DNA of 59,272 nt, taken from the sequence record SRR2962707_2554; one strand, given 5' to 3'. The notes beneath the pieces are model-generated. The model ran no database searches. It was not told where the DNA came from and was given only the letters and a program-made list of their open reading frames with translations. Below are positions 28,578 to 37,885 of the stretch, in pieces. Both the position numbers and the translations under genes were made by a program. The first letter of the stretch is position 1; each line of letters opens with the position of its first letter.

Positions 28578-30688
28578 GATTGCCTCCAATAGGAATCCTG
28601 GCCCGTCCACCCGGTATCAACCCCGGCCAGCTTGAGCCGCCCGATGCGGTTGTTGGAAATCCCGCCGATATACAGATGCCCCTTGTGCTCACGCATCGAG
28701 GTGATTGAGGGATGGTTCACCCCGGCCTTGTCCCAGAGCGTTTCCAGCACCGTGCCGTTTTCGTCGAAACGGATGATGCAGCCGGTATTGATACCGGGAT
28801 AGAGCCATTCATCCGGAGCTATCCGCCGGGCCATGCGCTTCCTAAAACCGGGCATGCGCAGCGCCAGATCGAGCGAGGGCGTCCGCATGCCGACCAGGGC
28901 CAGCCAATAGGTGCCGTCCGAGGCCCGGTTGATATTGTCGGGAAAGCCCGGCAGGTCCGGGATGACCGGTTCAACCTGACCCGTCTTGGGTCCGGCGAAA
29001 TAATAACGGCTAACCCGGCAGCCCCAGGTTTCGGCAAACAGGAAGGATTGCCCGTCATGGGTGATGCAGATGCCATTGGGGAAGACCAGATCGCGCAACA
29101 GCGTCCGCGTCTCGCCGCTTTTCGGATCATAGCAGATGATCCGGCCGTTGCCGCGCGATTCAAGGCAGTCGACCGGCCAGTCGTGCATCTCGTAACGGAC
29201 CGTCGCCTCGCTGAAAAACACCCGCCCGTCCGGCGCGATATCAAGATCGTCCGCCAACCGCAGCCGGGAATCATCAATCACCGACAACCAGTACCGATTG
29301 GTCTCGTCGGTCAGCTTGGTGATGGTGCGATCCTTGTCGATGCTGTAAAGCCCCATGCCGCCGACACAGCAGACCAGATTGCCATTCTTTGAAAACGCCA
29401 TGCCAAGCGGCCGTCCGCCGATATGGGCATAGACTTCCTGCTTTTTGTAATCGGGGGCGAAAAACCGGATAATGTCGCCGGTCCTGTTGCCGGTATAAAT
29501 ATGGTCATCCGCATCAAGGATCACGTCTTCTGGCCCGTCCACCGCACCAAGCCCGATCAGCTCGACACCGTGCAGCCGGTCATTGAGCGCATAGGGCGAT
29601 CCCGCTTCGGTCGAGGGCACCGGCGGCAAGTCCGCGAGCGTCGGCGACACGTAAACCTTGGACAGAAGCTTGTGGCGGTTCTTGACCCAGCGAACGTCGA
29701 TGGCCACGGCGAGCAGAAGAACAAACCCGAGCAGCAGCGAATTCGCGCCGCTGGTGATGCCCAAACGCACCAGGCTGTTGATCATCAGCATCACGGTGAT
29801 CGAACCGATGATCGCTTTCGCAGCCGATCCCCGGCCACCGCCAAGACTGTTGCCACCAAGGACTGCGGCGGTCAGGGCGGCAACTTCGAGCCCGATTCCT
29901 GTATCGGCACCGGCGCCGCCCAGACGCGAGGCGAAAAGAAACCCCGCCAGCGCGCTCAGCGTCCCCGACACCACATAGGTCATGCAGATCGTGCGGCGTA
30001 CCTTGACGCCGACATTATGCGCTGACCGGCGCGAGCCTCCGGTCGCAAGAATGTGCCAGCCGACCCGTGTCCGGCTCAGCACCACATGCAGGATTACCGC
30101 GACAATGGCGGCGACCACGACGCTGACCGGCACCCCGACCAATGAGCCTTCGCCGAAAAAATACCAAGCGTCGGAATCTATGAAGGAGCCCGCGATCCGG
30201 ACGGAGTATTTCATCAACAGCATGTCGACGATGGCGCGCACGATGATGAGCGTTACCAGCGTCGTCAGAAAGGCGCGCAGCCTGAGATAACCAACCAGCA
30301 GTCCGTTGACCAAGCCCACGGTTGCACCGCAGGCAAGTGTCCCAATCACGACCAGCGGCAGCGGCAGCTCGGCTACGCCCAGCAGCGCAAGGGCGACTAT
30401 ATTGCCAAGCGCAAAGGTTGAGCCGACACTCAGATCGATACCTCCGGCAACCATGACAATCATCAGCGCCAGAACGAGAAGGCTGAACTCCCCCCACTGC
30501 CGGGTGAAGTTGCCGATGCTTGCTGCGCCAAAGAAGTCAGGGATGAGCGACCCGAACACGGCAATGACGGCCAGCAGGATGAAAAGCGGGATGGCATTGT
30601 CTATCCAGCGCTTGGTGAGGATCTCACCCAGCAAATGGTCAGGCACGGCTCGGTAACGCCAGCGCACGATCGCGTCTAACAGGGGCAT
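28574..30688 (-). CDS. Fusion: RbsC-type ABC permease + strictosidine-synthase-like/SMP-30 lactonase domain
   Basis: N-terminal GGIDLSVG...AAVLGGNSLGGGRG permease; C-terminal GPEDV, GRPLG, LADDLD, FPNG, GFPDNI propeller, in one continuous ORF. Confidence 0.9.
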   Translation of the reverse strand: MPLLDAIVRWRYRAVPDHLLGEILTKRWIDNAIPLFILLAVIAVFGSLIPDFFGAASIGNFTRQWGEFSLLVLALMIVMVAGGIDLSVGSTFALGNIVALALLGVAELPLPLVVIGTLACGATVGLVNGLLVGYLRLRAFLTTLVTLIIVRAIVDMLLMKYSVRIAGSFIDSDAWYFFGEGSLVGVPVSVVVAAIVAVILHVVLSRTRVGWHILATGGSRRSAHNVGVKVRRTICMTYVVSGTLSALAGFLFASRLGGAGADTGIGLEVAALTAAVLGGNSLGGGRGSAAKAIIGSITVMLMINSLVRLGITSGANSLLLGFVLLLAVAIDVRWVKNRHKLLSKVYVSPTLADLPPVPSTEAGSPYALNDRLHGVELIGLGAVDGPEDVILDADDHIYTGNRTGDIIRFFAPDYKKQEVYAHIGGRPLGMAFSKNGNLVCCVGGMGLYSIDKDRTITKLTDETNRYWLSVIDDSRLRLADDLDIAPDGRVFFSEATVRYEMHDWPVDCLESRGNGRIICYDPKSGETRTLLRDLVFPNGICITHDGQSFLFAETWGCRVSRYYFAGPKTGQVEPVIPDLPGFPDNINRASDGTYWLALVGMRTPSLDLALRMPGFRKRMARRIAPDEWLYPGINTGCIIRFDENGTVLETLWDKAGVNHPSITSMREHKGHLYIGGISNNRIGRLKLAGVDTGWTGQDSYWRQS

Positions 30689-30719
30689 GCAGGTTCGCTC
30701 CGGTATGGGATTGCCGTCA

Positions 30720-30751
30720 GGCACGGGCCACCACCATGGGCGGCCCGTGCC
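30720..30751 (-). terminator. GC-rich hairpin after the SBP gene (attenuating/stabilising)
   Basis: GGCACGGGCC-12nt-GGCCCGTGCC perfect 10-bp stem; no clear U tract. Confidence 0.5.
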
Positions 30752-30772
30752 GGATTAGCGGCAGAGGTTTTT

Positions 30773-31762
30773 CTAGTTGAGGCTCCAGCAGGACGATGCC
30801 TTCATCGTGTCCTTGGTCAGCGACGTCAGCGGCGAGAACAACGTTGTTTTCATCGAGCCTGGCGTCGTCCCGAGCTGCAAGAGCTGAACAATCATGTTGG
30901 AGATGTCACGGGCCTGACCCGGAACGTCCCAGCTGATCACTTCGGAGTAGGTGCCATTGGCCAGGCCGGAACAGGCAGCTTCATTTCCGCCGCCCTGGGT
31001 CAGCAAATAGACGTCCTTGCCAGACTCCTGAATTGCCGCACCCGTACCAACGTCCATCACGTCCCAGAAACCCGCAAAGGCGCACAGGTCCGGATGCTGC
31101 TGAAGCACCGTCGCCGCGATGTTTCGCGCCTTTGTGGCGTCCCAGTCAGCGGCCTGGTTGGACACCACTTCCATATCAGGGTTCTGGGCAAGCACATTGT
31201 TGATGCCCTTCATCTGATAGGCACTCGCAGCAGCGGTCAGAACACCCTGGATGATCGCTACCTTGCCGTTGCCACCATTCTTGGGCGAGCACTTGGCGAC
31301 CAACCGGCTGGCGACCTTTTCGCCCATGCCGACATAGTCCACCCCGACAAAGGCGTCCGAAGTATAGCTGGACCGCATATTCACCTGAATCACGTGGATT
31401 CCGGCGTCTTCGGCTTTCTTGAGCAGGCGGGCATAGGACTGCACGTCCGGGTTATGCACCACCATCACATCGGGCTTTTCCGAAATAAGCGACGTGATAG
31501 CCTGCGCGCCGGCGTCCGTGCTCCAGTTCGGATCACGAATTTCAAACTTGATGCCGAGCGGCTCAAGCGCGGTTCGGAGGCCAGCAGCCCAGCCTTCGGT
31601 CAGATCAAACCCCATTGCCTGCGGAATGAAGGCCACGGTCTTGCCCTGGAGCGATTCATAAATGGGTGCGCGGGTCGGGTCGTCGATACCCTCCTGTGCC
31701 AGTGCGCCGCCGCCACACAGCGCGATGGCTGATGCACATGCAAGTGCCTTGATAAATCTCAT
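30773..31762 (-). CDS. Sugar-type ABC transporter substrate-binding protein
   Basis: Signal peptide, RbsB-like fold motifs (QAADWDATKA, LQQHPDL); GGGAGG RBS. Confidence 0.92.
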   Translation of the reverse strand: MRFIKALACASAIALCGGGALAQEGIDDPTRAPIYESLQGKTVAFIPQAMGFDLTEGWAAGLRTALEPLGIKFEIRDPNWSTDAGAQAITSLISEKPDVMVVHNPDVQSYARLLKKAEDAGIHVIQVNMRSSYTSDAFVGVDYVGMGEKVASRLVAKCSPKNGGNGKVAIIQGVLTAAASAYQMKGINNVLAQNPDMEVVSNQAADWDATKARNIAATVLQQHPDLCAFAGFWDVMDVGTGAAIQESGKDVYLLTQGGGNEAACSGLANGTYSEVISWDVPGQARDISNMIVQLLQLGTTPGSMKTTLFSPLTSLTKDTMKASSCWSLN

Positions 31763-31789
31763 TTGTTTCTCCTCCCAGTGAGAATGACT

Positions 31790-32764
31790 TCAGATATCCC
31801 CCTGCTGAGCGGTTTGCTCATCGCGGGGATTAAGGATCGTGTCGATCACGATTGCTAAAAGCAGGATGACGCCCTTGATGACGTTCTGGATGGTGTACTG
31901 GATGTTCATGATCGTCATTCCGTTGAGCAGAATGCCGATAAGCAGCGTGCCGACGATGACATTGCGGATGCCGCCACGCCCGCCCGAGAGGCCAATGCCT
32001 CCAAGCACGACAACCAGGATCACGTCATAAACGTATGTCGATGTGGCGACGCGCGTGTTCATGCTGGCAACCGATGCAGCGGTTACAATTCCGGCGACAA
32101 AGCCGATCAGCGCCGACAAGGCATATTGCAGCACGATGATCGGACGGGCGGGAACACCGGTTATACGGGCGACCTCGAGATTGTCCCCGACAGCGCGCAG
32201 ATAGCGCCCCGATTTGGTGTAGCGCAAAAACAGATGGCCAAAGAGACAGACAGCCGCGAACAGGAAGATCGGCACCGGAACGCCGAACAGCGATCCCTGC
32301 CCCAGCCACAACAGATAGCGCGCATCATCAGGCAGATAGACAACCGTCAGATCATAGAGAAAATACTGACCGAAACCGAAAATCAGCGTGCCCATGGCTA
32401 GCGTCGCAAAGATTGCCGGAATTTCGACATAGGCGATGAGGGTGCCGGTGATCATTCCACCGATGAGGCTGAAACCGAGGCCGAAGGCCACCGCCTGTGG
32501 CAACGGCATGCCACCCGCCGCAAGCTGCAGGGCCCAGGCGACAGAGACCGCCATCAGCGATACCAGCGACAGGTCAATGCCGCGGCCGATGACCACCAGC
32601 CCCATGGCGACCCCGAGAATGCCGAGGATCGAGACGCTTCGAACCAGGTTGAGGAGATTGCTTGACGTCAGGAAACCAGGAAGCGAAATCGCGAAGACCG
32701 CGCAAAGAAAGACCGCCAGTCCAAAGACGATTTGTTCTTGCGTTAGCCGCCCAAAGATAGTCAT
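31790..32764 (-). CDS. Sugar-type ABC transporter permease
   Basis: GRGIDLS, IPAIFATL, AVGDN, VVLGGIGLSGGRGG; start at ATG 32764 after GGGAGGGG. Confidence 0.92.
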   Translation of the reverse strand: MTIFGRLTQEQIVFGLAVFLCAVFAISLPGFLTSSNLLNLVRSVSILGILGVAMGLVVIGRGIDLSLVSLMAVSVAWALQLAAGGMPLPQAVAFGLGFSLIGGMITGTLIAYVEIPAIFATLAMGTLIFGFGQYFLYDLTVVYLPDDARYLLWLGQGSLFGVPVPIFLFAAVCLFGHLFLRYTKSGRYLRAVGDNLEVARITGVPARPIIVLQYALSALIGFVAGIVTAASVASMNTRVATSTYVYDVILVVVLGGIGLSGGRGGIRNVIVGTLLIGILLNGMTIMNIQYTIQNVIKGVILLLAIVIDTILNPRDEQTAQQGDI

Positions 32765-32842
32765 GCCGGTCCCCCTCCCAACAGTGGCCATCACGACATG
32801 ACGGCCACATCGGCAAACCATACAGAGGCCGGCTGAGGCGTA

Positions 32843-32879
32843 CTTTTCTGGCAATGCAGAGTTCTTGCTTGAGAGCGCA
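32843..32879 (-). promoter_or_regulatory. Putative tandem AraC/FeaR-type binding sites
   Basis: TGCGCTCTCAAGCAAG and TGCATTGCCAGAAAAG, 21 bp apart, upstream of a TATGGT -10-like hexamer. Confidence 0.4.
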
Positions 32880-33018
32880 AACCGCACATCGCAATGCCCG
32901 ATAGCGGGACAATCATCTATTTGATATACAAACTCACACGACAGTGAGGATTGCGGGGTTTGAGGAGGCCCTGCAATCGCACAAGCACTGCGCGCGCGAC
33001 CCATGAAGGGAGGAAATC

Positions 33019-33963
33019 ATGGAGTACATTTTCAATACGGACGACATAGAGCCCGCAAAGCGTTTCGCCGCCTGGCGCGAAGCCATTTGCGACTTCTACG
33101 TTCCCGTGGACGTTCAGGCCACTCGCCCGGAAACCTACAAGGGCTTTGTCCGTGAAGCCCAGTTCGGGGACTTGGGATTAACCGACATCCTGGTGTCGGA
33201 ACAACGGATCAAACGGAACGCGCAGCACATCGCCCGGCTCAACAAGGATTGTTACTACGTACAGATCCTGCACCACGGCGGCATCAACGTTATCCAGAGA
33301 GGCGAAGAATTCGTCTCCAATCCGGCGCGCAGCGCACTGTTTTGCGCCACCGAACAATATGAACTTCAATGCATCGGCGACGTCCGTTCCTTCTATCTTG
33401 AAATCCCGCGCGACGACTTTGCCCAGCGCTTCTCGAAAGATCAGGTGCCGATTTCGCTCCCCATCAACAGCACGCAGGGTCTTGGCCGCATCACCACGGA
33501 GTTCTGCGCGATGCTCGCCACCGAAGGGTCAAAACTCGAAGAAGGGGTCAAGGCGGATCTCGGCCACCAATTGATGGACCTGCTGGCCTTGACGGTCCTT
33601 TCCGGTGCGAGCGACATGCCGGAATCCGAAGGCTCCGTGCAAAATGCCCGACTCCGATCTGCCCAGATCTGGATCGAAGCCCATATCAATGATCCTGATC
33701 TGTCTCTCCAAAAAATCGCCCATGCCAACAACATGTCTCTGCGGTATCTGCACCTGCTGTTCAAGCAGTGCGACATGTCGGTGTCGGAGTGGCTATGGAA
33801 CAGACGTCTTCAACTTTGCCACGACCAGATCGCGAAAGGCGACGGTCGTTCGATCACCTCGATCGCCTTCAACCACGGCTTCAACAGCTCAGCACACTTC
33901 AGCACAGCCTTCCGCCGCAAATACGGCTTCTCCCCCCGCGAAACCGTGCGGAAACATCAGTAG
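33019..33963 (+). CDS. AraC-family regulator (FeaR-like)
   Basis: RFAAWRE N-terminus; DPDLS..IA...SLRYLHLLF, SITSIAFNHGFNSSAHFSTAFRRKYG. Confidence 0.94.
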   Translation: MEYIFNTDDIEPAKRFAAWREAICDFYVPVDVQATRPETYKGFVREAQFGDLGLTDILVSEQRIKRNAQHIARLNKDCYYVQILHHGGINVIQRGEEFVSNPARSALFCATEQYELQCIGDVRSFYLEIPRDDFAQRFSKDQVPISLPINSTQGLGRITTEFCAMLATEGSKLEEGVKADLGHQLMDLLALTVLSGASDMPESEGSVQNARLRSAQIWIEAHINDPDLSLQKIAHANNMSLRYLHLLFKQCDMSVSEWLWNRRLQLCHDQIAKGDGRSITSIAFNHGFNSSAHFSTAFRRKYGFSPRETVRKHQ

Positions 33964-34102
33964 CTCTGCTATAGTCTCAGATGTTTCCGATCAGGATTAC
34001 GTCACCTTGAGGAAGAACTCCGCTCGCGATTGCTCGGGTCTTAATGGGTCTCTTGTTGAGCGGGCGCTGCTGTGCGCTTGATAAACCACTGGAGTCTACG
34101 CC

Positions 34103-34447
34103 ATGATCATATTCATTTTCGCGGGCGGCTTGATCGGAGCAGCGGGTGTTGCATTGTCAGCCTATGGTGCACATGCAGGCGGCGGCAATGTCACCACAGC
34201 AGCGCAATTCCTGCTGTTTCACGCACCCCTTTTTGTAGCGCTGGGCCTTGCTGAAAATCCCAGCCGGATCCGCAGCGCCGGTGCTGGCCTTCTGGGCCTT
34301 GGGCTGGCGCTGTTTTGCGGCGATCTGCTGATGCGCCATTTTGCCGACACGCGACTATTTTCAATGGCTGCGCCTTCCGGAGGTACGGCAATGATCGGCG
34401 GCTGGCTGGTGATTGCGGTGTCCGGATTATTGAAGAAATTCCGGTAA
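34103..34447 (+). CDS. DUF423 (YgdD/TMEM256)-like membrane protein
   Basis: GVALSAYGAH, FLLFHA, LFCGDL, APSGG...GGW. Confidence 0.82.
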   Translation: MIIFIFAGGLIGAAGVALSAYGAHAGGGNVTTAAQFLLFHAPLFVALGLAENPSRIRSAGAGLLGLGLALFCGDLLMRHFADTRLFSMAAPSGGTAMIGGWLVIAVSGLLKKFR

Positions 34448-34655
34448 GTACTGATGCACCGCTCAGGGACAGCTCATTATTTGCTGATTGCAAGGCCGCT
34501 GACTTCGTTGCCGTCATCGATACCTTGCAATGAACGGATTGAGGGCGTCCGCAGGCAAGCATTTCGTTCAAAAGGTGATCCCGATCGCCGCCTGAATGCC
34601 GAAATGAAACGCCAGACGATCTCGGCATAAGCAAGGTTGGCTTTGTGGACAACAC

Positions 34656-35358
34656 GGTATTGCCAAGTTGTTTGTCATTGGATGCAAGGCGGCGGGGATG
34701 AAAGATGGTGTTTATCTGATCGTGGGCTAACAAGAGGCGTTGGGCTTGACGAGGCGATTTGAACCGCCCCATGATCTTCTCTCGCTTCCTGGTCTGTCGG
34801 TGTGCGTTTTCAATTCTGTTATTCATGCCCTTGTGGGCTCGATGATCAGCATCCGGGGCCAGATTTTGTATCGGCTTTATGTAGCTGCGCAGCTTGTCCG
34901 TCACGATGACACGCGGTTCACCGAATTGCTTGACCAGTCTGGAGAAAAACGCTTGGCAGCCTTGGTGTTGCGGCGAGCTTGAACCAGAATGTCGAGTACG
35001 TCACCATCGGCGTCAATGGCCCGCCAGAGCCAGAATTTCTTTCCACTGATCGTGATGACGGCCTCATCCATATGCCACTTATCGTTCGGCTTGGGCCGGT
35101 CTCTGCGAATGCAGTCGGCAAAATGTCGGCCAAAGCGGTTGATCCATAGACGAACCGTTTCCCTGCTCACGATAACACCGCGTTCAGCAAGAAGGTCTTC
35201 CACATCGGCCGTGCTCAGAGCAAACCGATGATAGGCCCAGACCGCGTAGGCGACAACTTCACGCGGAAAACGAAACCCCTTCAGACGGGGGAAAGTGCTC
35301 GGCAATCTCATGTCGTCTCGATAACCGAAACGCCGGGGTCAAACAACTTGGCAATACC
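34656..35358 (-). mobile_element. IS6-family element, defective
   Basis: Perfect 19-bp terminal inverted repeats GGTATTGCCAAGTTGTTTG (34656-34674 and 35340-35358) around an IS6 transposase. Confidence 0.92.
34680..35311 (-). pseudogene. IS6 transposase, frameshifted and 3'-truncated
   Basis: GFRFPREVV...WHMDE...LWRAID...KAAKRF, frameshift in the A5 run at 34945-34949, then TDKLRSY...NNRIENAH; C-terminus missing before the IR. Confidence 0.88.
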
Positions 35359-35536
35359 CAAGAGGGTGGTGTCACGTGTGGAGTCCCCTGTTTTGCAGGA
35401 AATGATTTCAGCGCATCTTGAGTGTCGGGGAATGCGGTCCTGCGGCAGCGCTGATGTCGGGTGATCGTGCGGTTCAACGCACTGACTGACGGAAAAATCA
35501 TTGCAATCGAACCGTCCAGAGCCTGGAATGAAAGCG

Positions 35537-35836
35537 TCAGAACCCGACCAGCACCATGTCCAGTGCGGCCATGATATCGCTGTCCTGCCCCATCAGGCTT
35601 GTGACGGGATTGCGCAACAGCGGACGCGGAACCGCCGCCATGAACTGTGTGACCATAACGTGTGGCTCGTCACCAATCGCAAATACCGGATTGAGGCGCT
35701 GGGCCGGAAGCGGAGCTTTCGCCAGAGGCAACAGCGGCACCACGATACGTGTGTTTAGTTCATTCAGAATGTCGGCCTGGACATCGAGCAAATAGCCTGC
35801 CCCACCGGGATTGGCGAAGACCTCGAACCGGGCCAT
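35537..35836 (-). CDS. ccdB: CcdB-family toxin
   Basis: MARFEVFAN...YLLDVQAD...TRIVVPL...RLNP...IMAALDMVLVGF; start overlaps the ccdA stop. Confidence 0.9.
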   Translation of the reverse strand: MARFEVFANPGGAGYLLDVQADILNELNTRIVVPLLPLAKAPLPAQRLNPVFAIGDEPHVMVTQFMAAVPRPLLRNPVTSLMGQDSDIMAALDMVLVGF

Positions 35837-36072
35837 CAGAACTGCCTGTACTTGTCCAGCGGCAAGCCGTGCGTCTCGGCCCATGCGTTTGAGCTGGTAA
35901 GTGCGGCTACATTCTCACGCTGCCAGGCTTGCGCCTTCGCCTCGGCCACGGCACGCCGCAAACCAGCCTCTGCCGCTTGCGACAGATTTACCCCGAGCGA
36001 TCTGGCCTCCGTCAGCAGGGACGTGTCCAGCGTCAGATTTGTGGGTTTTTTGGTGGCAGTCTGAGCTTGCAT
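35836..36072 (-). CDS. ccdA: CcdA-family antitoxin
   Basis: KKPTNLTLD..LL.EARSLGVNLS...WQREN...GLPL. Confidence 0.92.
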   Translation of the reverse strand: MQAQTATKKPTNLTLDTSLLTEARSLGVNLSQAAEAGLRRAVAEAKAQAWQRENVAALTSSNAWAETHGLPLDKYRQF

Positions 36073-36082
36073 GGCCTTACCT

Positions 36083-36115
36083 CATTCTATGCGCATAATA
36101 TATGCACATAGAATG
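36083..36115. promoter_or_regulatory. Inverted repeat, probable ccdAB operator
   Basis: CATTCTATGCGCATA-ata-TATGCACATAGAATG (14/15 complementary) just upstream of the ccdA RBS. Confidence 0.6.
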
Positions 36116-36213
36116 TGACGCAAGCTTGGCCATACCGTTCACGGGCTGTGCAAACGGTCGGATTTCAACGCAGATCTTGCAGCCTCATCCTTCGTGATGC
36201 GGACCCAACTGGC

Positions 36214-36888
36214 TTACTCGGTCGCTGCTAGGGACGCTTTTCCCACGTTGAAGCCGTATTTTCTGCCCAGCCCAAGTGCGGAGACCATTCCGAGCGCCTC
36301 CTGCAACGCCGCAGGCGAAAGCGGCTTGAGCGGCTTGCGGAGCGGCCCTGAAGGCAAGCCGACCGCCCGCATCAGGGTCTTGACGGCGACCGGATTGATC
36401 GCGGAATAGGCGAAGTGCAGGACCGGCAGGTTGTCCAGCCAGACGGCGCGGTGGTTGAACGCGTCGTCACCGGTCTCCCAGGGCTTGGAGATCACAGCCA
36501 TTTCCTGCGGAATGAGGTTGCCTGTCATGTTGGCGGTGCCGTGACCGCCCAGCGCCATCATCGGCACGACGAGTCCGAGATTGGGCGAGCAGCAGCACAT
36601 GATCGCCATATCGGGCTTGGCTGCGCAGACCTGCGCCACCTGGCCGACGCGCGTGGTCGATTCCTTCAGCACAACCATGTTCGGGTGCTTGGCCAGTTTC
36701 AGCAGATCAGTCCAGTGCAGATCGGTCTTCACCCGCGGCGGGTTGTTGTAAAATCCCATGGCCAGGTCGGTGCTGTCGAGCACTTCCATCGCATAGTCGG
36801 TGATGGCGTCATTGTCGGCGCAGATATAGGCGGGTGCGGCAAGGATCGCGCCGTCCGCGCCTTCGGCCTTGGCATAGCGCGCATAGTC
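36214..36888 (-). pseudogene. 5'-truncated dihydrodipicolinate synthase (DapA/NanA) family gene
   Basis: AKAEGADGAILAAPAY, FYNNP, LKES, NPVAVK; in-frame TGA at 36892-36894 and no N-terminal GSTGE region. Confidence 0.8.
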
Positions 36889-36949
36889 AAGTCAGCATGC
36901 GGCAGCCTATTCATGCGATCCGGCAACGGCCATTTTCACCCCGGCCTGA

Positions 36950-37060
36950 AGCGTATCCAACCAGGATCGTGATCCGCATCACCGCCATCCGTCTCCAAGA
37001 GCAGAACCTTGTGCGGTCGTTCTCGGCAAGGCGGGCGGTCCAACACGCAGCCCGCCGACC
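36950..37060 (-). pseudogene. Degenerate GMC oxidoreductase N-terminal fragment
   Basis: Frameshifted SAGCVL-TARLAENDR-KVLLLETDGG...RITILVGYA resembles GSAGCVLAxRLxE...VLLLEAGG...WIHIPVGY. Confidence 0.55.
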
Positions 37061-37107
37061 ACTCTGCAGGAAAATTGCAAGCTTTCGGAATTGATCCGTA
37101 GGCCGGT

Positions 37108-37689
37108 TCAGGGGCCGCTCACAGCGATGAGCACGCAGCTGTTGTCCACAAGACGCCTGACCTGGTGGCGCAGAGGACCAGGGAACTGCACGGAATCCCC
37201 CTTGTGAAGAACAAGATTGTCATCGGGAAAGATTATCTCGACCTGGCCTTCAACCACATAAAGCAGCTCCTCGCCGCGGTGCTCGGCATCAGGCTCGTCG
37301 CTCAGAGTATCGGGCGGAAACATCAGAAACACTTCTAGGCCGGAGCTGCTGTCACTCTGCGTGAGCAGCCGCATATGATAATTCCCGTCATCGGCAGTCA
37401 GGTCGTTGCGGTCATCTGCACGGGTCACAAAAAGCAGCTCATGGTCTTCCGCAGCCCCGAACAATTGCGCCGCAGAAACGCCAAGAACTGTCGAAATACG
37501 CAAGATGATTGCGACGGAGGGCACCTTCAACCCGCGCTCAACGCGGGACAGATATCCCTTGTCAATCGACGCGGCGAGCGCCAGCTGCGACAGCGACAAG
37601 GCTTTTTCCGTGCGTAGCGCGCGGATCGCCCTGCCCAGGCTCACACCCGCTGACAAGTTCAGTTTTCGAGCACCCTCATGCTGCACCAT
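37108..37689 (-). CDS. XRE-family HTH + cupin transcriptional regulator
   Basis: IRALR...LSQLA...YLSRVERG..PS HTH; HRGEELLYVVEG...GDSVQF cupin. Confidence 0.92.
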   Translation of the reverse strand: MVQHEGARKLNLSAGVSLGRAIRALRTEKALSLSQLALAASIDKGYLSRVERGLKVPSVAIILRISTVLGVSAAQLFGAAEDHELLFVTRADDRNDLTADDGNYHMRLLTQSDSSSGLEVFLMFPPDTLSDEPDAEHRGEELLYVVEGQVEIIFPDDNLVLHKGDSVQFPGPLRHQVRRLVDNSCVLIAVSGP

Positions 37690-37805
37690 CAGACGGATCC
37701 CGGTTCCTTACGACAAATCATGACCACACACTGAAGCTGCCACCTGTAAAACCCTGCGCGATCCATACACGCGCGCACTGTTCCTTTACCAGGTTCCCCC
37801 CAGCG

Positions 37806-37831
37806 TGTTGCCTGATGCCTTTTAGGCAACA
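37806..37831. promoter_or_regulatory. Inverted repeat (candidate XRE-cupin operator)
   Basis: TGTTGCCT-N10-AGGCAACA; related TTAGGCAAC/GTTGTCTAA palindrome at 37941-37958. Confidence 0.5.
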
Positions 37832-37869
37832 GTCGACGATTCGTCCAGTCGTTCCGTCTCTACCCTATC

Positions 37870-37885
37870 TGGCACAGTCCTTGCA
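37870..37885 (+). promoter_or_regulatory. Sigma54 (-24/-12) promoter
   Basis: TGGCAC-AGTCC-TTGCA, exact consensus and spacing, about 105 nt upstream of dctP. Confidence 0.8.

Noticed and set aside
34945-34949. Programmed frameshift in the IS6 transposase
   Set aside because: IS6 transposases are single ORFs and this gene is also truncated; simple decay or sequencing error is more likely
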